DNA of 64,000 nt. It comes from the human T2T-CHM13v2.0 reference genome, Homo sapiens. Shown here piece by piece: positions 42,688 to 55,149 of this stretch (position 1 is its first letter; each line of letters begins with the position of its first letter). The position numbers and the translations under genes were made by a program. Below the pieces are notes generated by a model. It saw only the letters and a program-made list of their open reading frames with translations, was not told where the DNA came from and searched no databases. The stretch lies in assembly GCF_009914755.1 (NCBI RefSeq), contig NC_060928.1; one strand, given 5' to 3'.

Positions 42688-43061
42688 TGCTATGGTTTGG
42701 CTGTGTCCCCAACCAAATCTCATCTTGAATTGTAATTCCCATAATCCCCACGTGTCATGGAAGGGACCCAGTGGAAGATAATTGAATCATGGGGACGATT
42801 ACCCTCATGCTGTTCTCGTGATAGCAAGTGAGTTCTCACGAGATATGATGGTTTTTATAAGGGACTTTTCCCCTTGTTGCGCAGCACTTCTTCTTGCTGC
42901 TGCCATGTGAAGAAGGATGTGTTTGCTTCCCCTTCTGCCATGATTGTAAATTTCCTGAGGCCTCTCAGCTCTGCTGAACTGAGTCCATTAAGTCTCTTTC
43001 CTTTATAAATTACCCAGTTTCAGGTATGTCTTTATTAGTGGCATGAGAATGGACTAATACA
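42688..43061 (+). mobile_element. THE1 (THE1D-like) solo LTR
   Basis: TGCTATGGTTTGGCTGTGTCCCC...CAAATCTCATCTTGAATTGTA...GGACTAATACA. Confidence 0.93.
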
Positions 43062-43380
43062 GGGTCTTTAATATTTAGCAAACATATGATAGATAATATA
43101 TATGAATATTTACTATGTGCCAACTAATGTGGTATATGTTCAAGGTACAGTAACAAAACAGTCAAATCATGGTTCTGGACCACATGAGTTTTGGAAGTAA
43201 TGTAGAAGAACTTAACGCTACAGGAATTTACCAAAAGACAAGGTACCAGAATACGTACCCTAAGCTGTTATGCGACTTCCATGAACGAGTAGCTTGTGGA
43301 AATGTTGAGTAAGTTTCTCAGTGTTGTCTCCACTATTTTTTCCAGGAATTGATAAATATATCCTGAGGGAAGGAGAAAGC

Positions 43381-43722
43381 ATAGTCACACATTGTTTAAG
43401 GATGAAGATAGGTTCTGAGAAATGCATACTTAGGCCATTTCCTCATTGTGTGAAAATCAGAGTGTACTTACATGAACCTAGGATGGTACAGCCTACTACT
43501 ACACACCTAGGTCATATGGTACAACCTATTGCTCCTAGGCTACAGACCTATATGGCAGGTTAGTGTACTGAATACTGTAGCCAACTGGAATGCAATGGTA
43601 AGTGTGTATGTATCCAAACATAGAAAATGTTCAGTAAAAATAGGAAATATAATCTTATGGGACCACCATCATATGTGTGGTTCATCATCCAATGAAATGT
43701 CGTTATAAGGCATATGTCTATA
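43381..43722 (-). mobile_element. Tigger3a/MER7-like TcMar DNA transposon
   Basis: GTTCTGAGAAATGCAT...CCTATTGCTCCTAGGCTAC...AATCTTATGGGACCACC; ~340 bp. Confidence 0.8.
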
Positions 43723-43833
43723 ATTAAATAGTTCACATACTGAATTAACTAAATCACCAAACTACAAGATGCAGGACTTGTTTAGAGGGAGACTCTTAGC
43801 ATTAACAAACAGGTCTTACACATTTTCCCCTTC

Positions 43834-44215
43834 TGATATGATTTGGATCTGTGTCCCCATCCAAATCTCATGTCAAATTGTAATCCTTAGTGTTGAAGGG
43901 GGGACCTGGTGGGAGGTGATTAGATCATGGGGACAGATTTCCCCTTGTTGTTCTCCCGATACTGACTGATCTCTCACAAGATCTGGTTGTTTGAAAGTGT
44001 ATAGTACCTCCCCCTTCTCTCTCTTCCTCCTGCTGCAGCCACATAAAACATGCTTGCTTCCCCTTCGCCTCCCGCCGTGATTCAAAGTTTCCTGAGGCCT
44101 CTTAGTCATGCTTTCTGCACAGCTTGTGGAACTGTGGACCAATTACACCTATTTTCTTTATAAGTTACCAAGTTTCAGGTATCTCTTTATAGCAATGTGA
44201 AAAAGGACTAATACA
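43834..44215 (+). mobile_element. MSTA-like MaLR solo LTR
   Basis: TGATATGATTTGGATCTGTGTCCCC...GGACTAATACA; flanking direct repeat CCCTTC at 43828-43833 and 44216-44221. Confidence 0.93.
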
Positions 44216-45501
44216 CCCTTCTATACTATAGAGAAAACTACAAGAAAAGGATTGAGGGGTTGTCCTATAGAGAATGAAATTTGAAGATAAATCACCCTCA
44301 CACTTAAGCCCCTCATAGGAAAGGAAAGAGAGGAAATTTCAATTAGTTCCTCTGACATCAAGAGAAAACTGACATCTCTGCTCCCACCTGGAATGCCACT
44401 GAATCAAAGTGAGGATTTGCTAACCTGCACCAATGTTATCATACAAAGGGAAGAAAAATGGGGAATGGAGAGGACTGTCCTGGGGTCACTGTTGTGAGCC
44501 ATATTCATCCCTCCATCTGGTCTTTCATGCGTCTTCGTGTCTTGGTGGATACAGCAGGAGCTCAAATCTCTGACTGCTTTCCACACGGGCCATTCTTCAG
44601 CCTTGTGTTTGAAGTGAGCAATGCTAGGGGATGAGAAAATGTCTCCTCCCATGACAAGAAGCATTGCATACTTCCTGATTCGTAGCCATAGTCTCATAAG
44701 AGCTGAAGCAGTGCAACAGGGCTATTCACTGGAGCTGTAGTATAGACCAGCGGGGCTAAAAAAGGTACCAAAGTGGGAAGAGGCAGGAAAGAAATACCAT
44801 AAGCTCACTTTTCACATCCTCCAGTGTCTTGCTGGTGACTGCCCTTAGCTAAATCCCAGTAGAACGTCAGCTGAATGGGGACGTGAGGGATTCAGTGCAC
44901 GTCGGGCAGCCACCTTGAGCACAAAAAAGGGCAGATGGGTGCACAGAATGGATGGAGAGGGCACCAGCGTTTAGAGCAAGACATGGCTACACAGTAGACA
45001 CTGAATAATATGTGTTGCATGAATAAATTAATGAACCAATATATAATATAAAATTAGCCATGTGGTTGTAAAACTCAGGAGTAAGGAAGAGGAATGAGGT
45101 ACTTATTATAGAATCACTGATACATATGAGTGTGTGGCGTCCCAGAAGACAGGGGAAGACAGTGGTCACAAAGTTATTGGTCAATTTTGAGACAGTGCAA
45201 GGCTGAGAAATATTACATTTTTCCCTATGTCTGAGAATCATATGAGATCCATTTGCAGAAATCAGAAAATTTACATCATCAGTCAAACCACTCAGCTGCT
45301 TTCCATTCAAGGCAGTGAAATACTTCATGGTTTCACAGCACAGATTTTACAGCCAGTAACCTTTGCTCTACTCTTCATTAGTAGGATGACCCTCAAAAAT
45401 GGGCAGAGCGGAAATACTATTTACTTTGCAAATTTGTGAATTTAACAAGGGTTTATTACTTCTAAACCAAAAAGGTAGAGAGATGGTGCAAAGCGGGTTC
45501 A

Positions 45502-45990
45502 CTGTACCAGTTACCAGTCCCAGGGGAGGACTCTAAACACCTTTGCCCTCTGCATCTTGAGCTATGCCAATTTCTGTCACTTGCATGAGTCCAGTGAGGC
45601 AGAACACTGACACACAGCAAGTTCCATGTAACAGATTTATTACTTACAGATAGTAACAAGAAACAATAGAAGGCTCGGATTCATGGGCAAACCAGTCCCC
45701 CAAGGCTCAGGACAGCTGCCCAGGGCACATGCAGTCTTCCACCGCACCACCCGCTTGCACTGCAGTGAGGGAACCTCAAAAAGCAGCCCTTTCTATGTTT
45801 TATACTCTGGAGAAACGCAAGTCACTGGCAGGACATCCTGTTCTAGGAGGGATGGGAATAAAGTCCAGGCTGTCCTGGCCAGTTACTTGTTATATCAGAA
45901 AGTTGCATTCAAGGTTCAGAGACAAGCCAGTGCCTACTTATTCACCCAGCTGGCAAATGGCAAGGTTAGATTTGAACCATGCCTGATATA
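45502..45990 (-). mobile_element. ERVL solo LTR (MER54/MER74-group, tentative)
   Basis: GAGTCCAGTGAGGCAGAACACTGACACAC...AGATTTATTACTTACAGATAG resembles the reverse strand of this LTR group. Confidence 0.55.
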
Positions 45991-46049
45991 TTGATATAAC
46001 AGGGAAGTGTTGTTGTTCTGATACTGTGGAGGACTTAAAGCCTCTCTGA

Positions 46050-46360
46050 AATGTGGTTACTGAGATAGGCTGAATAAATCCCCCAAAGGCGCAAAGACAT
46101 TCACACTCTGATCTCCAGAACCTGTGAATATGTTATATAGCAAAAGAGACATTGAAGATGTAATTAAGAAGACGAATCTTAAAATGAGGAGATTATCCTA
46201 GTTTAAGTGGGTAAATCCAATGTACTCTCTTGAGCCCTTAAAAACACAAACTTTCTCCAGCTAGAGTCAGAGACCTGAAGCAGAAGTCATAGAAATTCCA
46301 GTCATGAGAGAAACTTTATACACCACTGTGGCCTTATTGGCTTGCAAGCCCACAGGCAAA
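46050..46360 (+). mobile_element. MLT1D/E-like LTR, 5' part
   Basis: CCAGAACCTGTGAATATGTTA...AAAATGAGGAGATTATCCT...GAGCCCTTAAAA. Confidence 0.7.
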
Positions 46361-48882
46361 GACTGGAGCTAATAGAAAGCATGAGACTGAACATTGGTAG
46401 CCTATGGGACCTGGCTTTAAATCATATTAGTGATTTAAACAATGGAGGTGTAATTATTGATATTTTCTTTGGGTATCTGGGTTACTTGTTTGTGATCCTG
46501 AAATTCCCTCCCAAATGTAAAACCTAAAGAGGGAAATTATTGCAGTGATAAGCAAACCAGCATTTTCACTTGCACTCTTGTCATGAGACATAGTATCTGT
46601 ATTATATTTCTGACATATCACGAATAGAGAAATTACTAAAGTTGTTTTGGTAGGACATTGTGTGAGCTTGTCTGAAAAATTTGCCGGGATTACTGTCCAC
46701 TCTATAGTTATCACAAAAGAGCTACAACTCCTTCAGTGGCATGAGCAAATGAATGCGTGGAGTGAAGGTATATAGAAAAATACTTTATTGAATACTGGTC
46801 TAAATACTCTAAAATGCTTCTTCTTTAACCTTGAAAATAACCATAAGAGGTGTGCATCATTATCAACACTTAACAATTGAATTACCTGTGGCTAGTATCA
46901 GTCACGTAGCGTGCCCGGGTTAATATCTCTGTTGCATCTAGCTTGCAATCCTTACTTTCTTAATGTTTTTTTGTATGCCATCACACAATGTCTATAATCT
47001 CATATCTAGGATTTCTCCTAATGGAAGCCTCATCTGTTGTTAATCATTTTTAACAACAAGAAGAGATTAAGAGTTAAATCCTTGGGTTGGTTCAAGTTTA
47101 TTCTCTAGGTATAATATTGCAAACCTAAATAATGCCATTTCAATTTAAGAAAACATAACATCATCAAAAATTTGTAAAATGCAAAAGAAGAAAGAATTCA
47201 GCAGGGTAATTTCCTTAATATAGCATGCAAGTAAGTGATTTAGTAATTAACTCTTCTTGCAGATTCTAGCTCATGCAGATGTAAGTTATCGAGTCACTAC
47301 TTCATTAGCTGGCATAGATTAGATGTCTTCTAAGGGCATATCTGTACATTTTGTGCTTCACTGGTGTTACAGGACTCATCAGTATGGTCTGGATATGAAA
47401 ACTCTTTCATTTTGTGTTTCAATGATAGAAGAAAATTACATACTAAATGTTGAACAGAAGAACTTTCTTTGAGTTCAACATCAAAACTACAAGTGGTTAC
47501 TGAAGTGTGAGGTTGAAGCTCTTATTCACTGAATCCATCTTCACGCCAGGAAAAGGAAAAAAAGCCAAGATAACAAGCCTGCATGGATTTTCCAGTAGTA
47601 TGAATCAATTAAAATTCAGGAGGAGAGAAAACAAAAGTCCAGAGCAATTTATTAATTTGTTTACAGCTGTTTGAATATGTAATATGAAACAGTAGTTTGG
47701 GGAATAGCTGCGGGTTGGGGGATATATTGATTTTGATGATATTGCTCACAGAAATAGACAAGTGCTTTTGATGTATAAACTGCTACAGTGTAACTTGTTT
47801 AGTCTATTGATTCATGTGCTTTGATGGAGTTGTATATGCCTGTTCTGGGACTCACTGAAAAATGAGATGCCATTTCAGTGTGTGGAATAAAGAGTATATT
47901 TAAATGTGAAAAGCCACTGGATTCTTCTGTTATTTTACTGGAGCTTTTGTTCAGTTGCTCAAAGTTTTTTGCAGTGGCAACCACAATATCTGCTTTTTAA
48001 AGGGAATAAAAACTATGCATCCAAAATAATAAAAATCTGAATCTGCTAAATTAAAATGAGAGATACAATATTTATTGACTTCATAAAAATATAGGAACCT
48101 TAGGAGCTTTTTTGTAGGGAGTGATAAAATTCTGAGACGAAGCAATACTTTAGTTATCATAGAGACAAAATAACTGAGATACTGAGAGTAAATCCAATAT
48201 GACAAAGTTCCATTTTTGACAATATAAAAGTAGACATAAGACACCACTTTACAATGCTTGAAAAGATTTTCATTCTGGGTTGCAAATATTAGAAATTACT
48301 TATTTTTGATTTCACATATTAGGAGAGATGAGGCATTACCTAAAAATAAGCATGGATATATTTAAAAAATTTTAAATAATTTTTGGTGTACATGAATTTG
48401 AAAATACACTTTTTAAGTAACTATTTTCTAATTGATGCTTCATAACTGAATCACCAAAATGGAATTCCCTTATATATTATTAAGTAATTTTCCAGAAAAG
48501 TTAACTAAAGATTAGAAAATTTAATAATCATCCAGGTAAAAAACGTTCCTGTAAAATTCAAATATTCTGAGCTTTGATTGAAGTCATTGTTAACTTATAC
48601 CACTCTTCTTTCTTTTCACTGCCACATAGTGAAAACTACAATATGGGATTCACTCTTAATTTTATTACACAGAATGTAGCTAGAGAAAATCTGATATATA
48701 CCATTTAACATATATATTCAATTACTAATTATGATGGTCAAAGAAGACACAGCTGGATATCTTTAAACATGTATATTTACTAGAGATAAAGCACTTCCTC
48801 CACTTAATGTTTTACTTATATTTGAAGATCTTAATAATTTGACTTTGAATCACATGGAGAATTATTAAAATGGGCATATCAG

Positions 48883-49385
48883 TGCTGGGAGGCAAATCCT
48901 CCGCAGAGTCTGGTGTTCTTGCATGATCTGGGCCTTCTGAGCAAGGGATGTGATTAAACACAAGATATCCTTAAAACTAGAATTGGTGTATCCTATTGGA
49001 GAAATTTAGAAACAGACTTCCAGAGCCGTACCATGATGTTAAAGATCCATTCTTATCTTTCGACTCTCCGGAGACACTTGCCTTCATAGCATAGTAATAA
49101 ACCCAGGACACCAACGTCTTCTACCCCAGAGGAGATTTACCTATATTTAAGGGTATTGAGTCATCTATCTCGCTGAAGGGAAGGATGAAAAGATCTGCCA
49201 GTAGCCCCATAAAGCCCAGCCTCTCCTAGGGACTGTCCAAATTTGACACCCTAATTTTGGGATCTGCACCTGTGGTATGCTCCAATGCAGGCACAGGGGA
49301 CATCCAACCATCATCACAGCAAGGTGCTGCTCAGGGTGCAGTTTGTGCTGTAAGGAATAAAAAATCTATTTCATTGTCTGAACAA
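48883..49385 (+). mobile_element. ERVL solo LTR (LTR40-like, tentative)
   Basis: Starts TGCTGGGAGGCAAATCCTCC; AATAAA at ~49356. Confidence 0.5.
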
Positions 49386-49404
49386 CTTTTTGACCTTCTG
49401 TAAT

Positions 49405-49546
49405 TACACACACGTACCATATCTATATGTATATCATCTATATGTATTTGTGTATGGAATATATATGTGTGTGTGTGTATATATATGTGTGTGTGTATAT
49501 ATGTGTGTATATATACACATACATATATCATACGTACACACATACA
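49405..49546. repeat. Compound (TA)/(TG)/(CA) low-complexity repeat
   Basis: Directly visible. Confidence 0.85.
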
Positions 49547-49699
49547 TGAAGTACTGTTGGAGTACCTGTGTTAGCAAGTAGAGTAAGATCTTCACAGTTT
49601 GTGATTTAACAGCAAAGCTTAAATTTACATTTATAAAGTTAACAAAAACAATATTGATTAAAAAAGCGTAGATTTTTCAGTTTATAACAACATTAAATG

Positions 49700-50293
49700 T
49701 GTGGTACATTGCATAATGACCTTCTCCCCAAATGTCTGAACTCTGATTTCAAAAACTTGTCAATATGTTACATTACCAAGCAAAAGGGACTTTAATATGT
49801 GATTAAAGTAGGTGTTATGAGATGGGGAGAATTTCCTAGTTTATCATACGAGCCCTCAAAAGCAGAGTATCTTTCCTGGCTAATGTTAGAGAGAAAGAAA
49901 AGAGAAGAAAATGCAGGAGAAACCCAAACTGTGAGACAGACTTTACTCTCTCTTGTTGGCTTTGAAGATGGAGAAAGGGGTCCATGAGCCAAGGAATGAA
50001 GGAAGCCTCTAAAAGTTGGGAACTGCCCACAGCTGAAAGCCAGCTAGGAAATGGGGACCTCTGTCCCACAGCAGCAAGGAAATTAATTCTGCCAATAACT
50101 GAGTAAGCAATGAAACAGAGCTCCATGTTTCCAAGGCCTTCAAAAAGGAACGCAGCTCCATCTACACCTTGATTTTAGATCTGTGAGAACCATACCAGAC
50201 TTCTGACCTATAGAACTGTGAGATAATAAACTGTATTATCTTAAGTCATGTAGTTGTGGTCATTTTTAATGGCACCAATCAAAAATAAGTACA
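49700..50293 (+). mobile_element. MLT1D/E-like solo LTR
   Basis: GGCTTTGAAGATGGAG...ATGAGCCAAGGAATG...CAGACTTCTGACCTATAGAACTGTGAGATAATAAA; TG...CA ends. Confidence 0.85.
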
Positions 50294-52156
50294 CCAAGTT
50301 TATTTTTGGCATTCCATCAAGTTGACTTTGTTCACAACATCCATTTCCCCCTTCTTCCAAAGACAGCCTTTTCATTTCATTTGTGAAATCATGTCTCCCT
50401 CATTCCAATCATGTGTGGAAAGACTGACAACATTTTTAGCTCTGATTGGCATATCAAGGTATATATTTTTCTTCTAGAAAATGTTTTTAGTTCAGGGATA
50501 AGCACTTTCCTTCATGAAAACCAAGGAAACACCAAAGTGTCCAAACACTTTTGTTGAAGTTACCTCTATGTTACATTTCTCTCCCTTTCACAGATGTTGG
50601 TAGGGTAATATTACAAATCCTGAGACTATAGCCATCTGGTAGCCATGAGTGAAGACCCTGAAGCAGTGGAAACCACAAAGAGCTTTAGAAGATGTAGATC
50701 CTTCTGAGGTTACTTTATCTTTTTCCCTCAAGCCTACACATTATTTTTGTAATTATTGTTTATTTGAATTTGAGTCTCTTTTCTTTCTCTTGCAATGAAA
50801 ATAGTCTAACACATATACCATATATTACTGTACCCCAATTTTTCATTTTAAATTCTAAATTTGAAGATGAAAACTAAGTAAAAAAAACCCCGAAAAACTC
50901 TAATATGGTATGTTAGAGGGACTGACTGAGTGGAAGAGTGGCCTGTGGTGCTTATTAAAAATGAGTAAATGAACACCCACTATATACTCGGTGAAGAAGA
51001 ATCTGAGGGTGTAGACATCCAAAGTCTGTGTTTTTATAAAATTCCATAATGATTTATGAAACTCACTAAAATTTGAGAACCACCGTCTAATGATAACTAA
51101 TTAAAATAAAAAGTACTTGCAGATTGAAATTACCAACATATAAGTTTTTTTCTTACTCTTCATGTATAACAATATGTTAGAATATATTCATTCGTTTAGA
51201 GGATTACATAAATCTAATCATCAAGATTATATATCTGATGTTGGTTAACTATTAATAGCATGGTAGACATGTTTTCCTTTTCCTTTTTAATCTTTAGTTA
51301 CACTAGTCATGCTCTTTTCATAAACTGGACATGTTAATGTAATAAACGTGCATGTTACCCAAGAAGAGCCAATGGGGCATAAGCAGATAGTGTTATAGAC
51401 AGTGGAAAAAGAAATTAACTATTCCATTCCCTTTTATGCTATAGTGGAAGAATGAAGGACTGTGGCTTCCACAACTCTTTTGGACCACTTCAGGAGTACC
51501 AGGAGTTATCAGTGTTGGTTGCAGATGGGAAAGGCACTTATCATGACCCAGGAATAGACTCTGTAGAGCAGCAATGTAAAACAAGAAAGACTATGACCTC
51601 GATGACATCATTAGAGTCATTCAATTTAGTCTCAACTGGATCCAGAACCATCCTTGGTCTTTTCATTATATAAATAAATAAAACCAGTTTTTGTCAAGGC
51701 TAGTATGAATTGGGTTTTATATTACTTATCACACCTTGACCTAACTCTCAAATTTTCAGGAACACTGTGTGATCTTTTATAAGATTTTATCACTATTTGT
51801 TCTTCATAAATATTTATGCATATTTCCTGATAACCATGAGGCTCATAGGTTGAAATAAGATTTATGAATGGAGATTTTTCTTTATATATGTATATGATTC
51901 ATAGATTGCAGGGATGTTTTAAAGTAATAGTTCTTATAGTGAGACCTCCAGATCAGCATCTTCTTGTACTCTTGGTAACTTGTTAAAAACAATTTTGAAA
52001 ACCACTGATTTAAAGAAACAAAAGAATCACTATCATCTAACTAGTTGGTCAGTAGTTTATATGTGGTATGTCATAATAGAAAATAAATTTATTATCACAT
52101 AGCACTCAATATTGGTGATCCTTTAGGGAAAATGCACATTTATTGTTTATAGTAAC

Positions 52157-54453
52157 TCTATTAGTCCATTTTAATGCTGCTGGTAAAGACAAACCCGAGA
52201 CTGAACGATTTACAAAAGAAAGAGATTTAATGGACTCACAATTCCATGTGGCTGGGGAGGCCTCAAAATCATGGTGGTAGGGGAAAGGCATGTCTCACAT
52301 GGTGGCAGACAAGAGAAGACAACTTGTGCAAGGAAACTCCCCTTTGTAAGACCACCAGATCTCATGAGACGTATTCACAATCATGAGAACAGCATGAGAA
52401 AGACCCGCCTCCATGATTCAATTACCTGCCACCGGGTCCCTCCCATAACACATGGGAATTGTGGGGGCTACAATTCAAGATGAGATTTTGGTGGGGACAC
52501 AGCTAAACCATAGTCACCCTGGCCCCTCCTAAATCTCCTGTCCTCATATTTAAAAACTAATCATGCTGTCACCAAAAGTCTTAACTCATTTCAGCATTAA
52601 CTCAAAAGTTCACAGTCCAAAGGCCCAACTGAGACAAGGCAAGTCCCTTTTTCCTATGAGCCTGTAAAATCAAAAGCAATTAGTTACTTCCTAGATACAA
52701 TGGGGGTACAGGCATTGAGTAAATACAGCCATTCCAAATGGGATAAATTGGCCCAAACAAAGGGGCTACAGGCCCCATGAAAGTCTGAAATCCAGAAGGG
52801 CAGTCAAATCTTAATGTTCCAAAATGATTTCCTTTGACTTTATGTCTCACATCTAAGTCACACTGATGCAGAAGTGAGTCCTCATGGTTTTGGGCAGCTC
52901 TGCCTCTGTGGCTTTGCAGGGGATAGCCTCCCTCCTGGCTAGTTTCAGAGGCTGGCTTTGAGTGTCTGTGGCTTTTCCAGGCTCAAGGTGCAAGCTGTCA
53001 GTCCATCTGCCATTCTAGGGTCTTGAGAATGGTGGCCCTCTTCTCACAGCTCCACTAGACACTGCCCCAGTGGGGACACTGTCCCAGTGGGGACACTGTG
53101 TGAGGGTGCCCACCCCACATTCCCACATTTTCCTTCCACACTGCCCTAGTGGAGGTTCTGTATGAGTGCTCTGCCCCTGCAGCAAACTTCTGCCTGGACA
53201 TCTAGGTGTTTATATACATCCTTTGAAATCTAAGTGGAGGTTCCTAAACCTCAACTCTTCTGAGCACCCACAGGCTCAACACCACATGGAAGCTGCCAAG
53301 GCTTGGGGCTTGCACCCTCTGAAGCAACGGCCAGAGCTGTACCTTGGCACCTTTTAGTCATGGCTGGAGCAGCTGGGATACAGGGAACCAAGTCCCTAGA
53401 CTGCACACAGCAGAAGAACCCTGGACCCAGCCTGTGAAACCATTTTTCCTCCTACGCCTCTGGACCTGTGATGGAAGGGGCTGCTGCAAAGGTCTCTGAT
53501 GTGCCCTGGGGACATTTTCCCCATTGTCTTGGTGATTAACATTTGGCTCCTAGGTACTTATGCAGATTTCTGCAGCTGGCTTGAATTTCTCCTTAGAAAA
53601 TGAATTTTTCTTTTCTATTGCATTGTCAAGCTGCAAAATTTCTGAACTTTTATGCTCTGTTTCTCTTTCAAAACTGAATGTACTTAACAGTGCCCAAGTC
53701 ACTTCTTGAATGCTTTGCTGCTTAGATATTTCTTCTGCCAGATACCCTAAATTATCTCTCTCAAGTTCAAAGTTCCACAAATATCTAGGGCAGGGGCAAA
53801 ATGCTGCCAGTCTCTTTGCTAAAACATAGCAAGAATCACCTTTACTCCAGTTCCCAACAAGCTTCTTACTTCTATCTGAGACCACCTCAGCCTGGATTTC
53901 ATTGTCTATATCATTATCAACATTTTGGTCAAAGCCATTCAACAAGTCTCTAGGGAGTTCCAAACTTTCCCACATTTTCCTGTCTTCTTCTGAGCCCTCC
54001 AAACTGTCCCACCCTCTGCCTGTTACCCAGTTCCAAAGTCGCTTCTACATTTTTGGGTACCTTCAGCAGTGTCGCACTCTACTGATAAAGTTTACTGTAT
54101 TAGTCCGTTTTTATACTTTTGATAAAGACATACCAGAGACTGGGCAATTTACAAAAGAAAGAGGCTTAATGGACTCACAATTCCACATGGCTGTGGAGGT
54201 CTTACAATCATGGCGGAAGGTGAAAGGCACATCTCACATGGGGGCAGACCAAAGAAGAGAGCTTGTGTAGGGAAACTCCCCTTTATAAGACCATCAGCTC
54301 TCATGAGACTTATTCACTATATTGAGAACAATGTAAGAGAGACTTGCCTCATAATTCAATTACCTCTCACCAGATCCCTCCTACTATATGTGGGAATTTT
54401 GGGAGCTACAATTCAAGATGAGATTTGGGTGGTGGCACAGGCAAACCATATCA
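52157..54453 (-). mobile_element. Full-length THE1 (THE1C-like) MaLR retroelement: LTR 52157-52516, internal 52517-54095, LTR 54096-54453
   Basis: Two ~360-bp direct-repeat LTRs flanking ~1.58 kb of THE1-int; perfect 5-bp TSD GTAAC at 52152-52156 and 54454-54458. Confidence 0.96.
53550..54002 (-). pseudogene. THE1-int MaLR ORF fragment (gag-derived)
   Basis: 150-aa ORF EGSEEDRKMWESLELPRDLLNGFDQN...LVGNWSKGDSCYVLAKRLAAFCPCPR is the typical MaLR internal ORF. Confidence 0.85.
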
Positions 54454-55149
54454 GTAACATACTTTGAAAAGGAAGAAATAGACATTGTTTTTTGAAGATA
54501 GGTTATTGATAAAATGGAGAAATGTTTCTCTTGATACATACATTATTTTCTCAGTCGTTGTTGAGTGAATTATGGTAACTTATTTTTAGCTCTGCATATA
54601 AATTTTTCCATCTTTATTCTAGTTAAAAAAACTGATACAGCACACTGAAATAGACATGTCCCAGGTCTATCTATGCCCCATACATCTTTTATTGGCAATA
54701 TTAACTGGTCTAAGTGATAAGCAAATGACAAAGTATCCATAGTTTTTTTAAGAACTACTCTGTAAACATTGCAAGGCTGAATTAATTTTTTTCCACTGAT
54801 GTAAAACTATACTTTGAACTATTTAGGGAAAGAACTTGGCAGAATGAAGCCAAGTAAGGACAAGCAAAAATGATACATGGATATGCAAAACAAAAACAAA
54901 CAAAAACTAGAAACAAAAGCACTAGTACAAATCTGAGCAATTTCTTTGATCTTGTGAACTATTTTTGTACTTAGTACTTAAGAAAAATTTTTTGCTAATA
55001 ATTTGACTTTGGTGTCTGCCATTTGCCAATAAAATAATCTTTAATTATATGCATAAACAGAGACTACTAAATATGCATATATTTAAAAAGGTAGCACTTA
55101 GTATATTAGTGTTCACAACTTTGCCCAGTGAATTTTATTAATCTATTTT

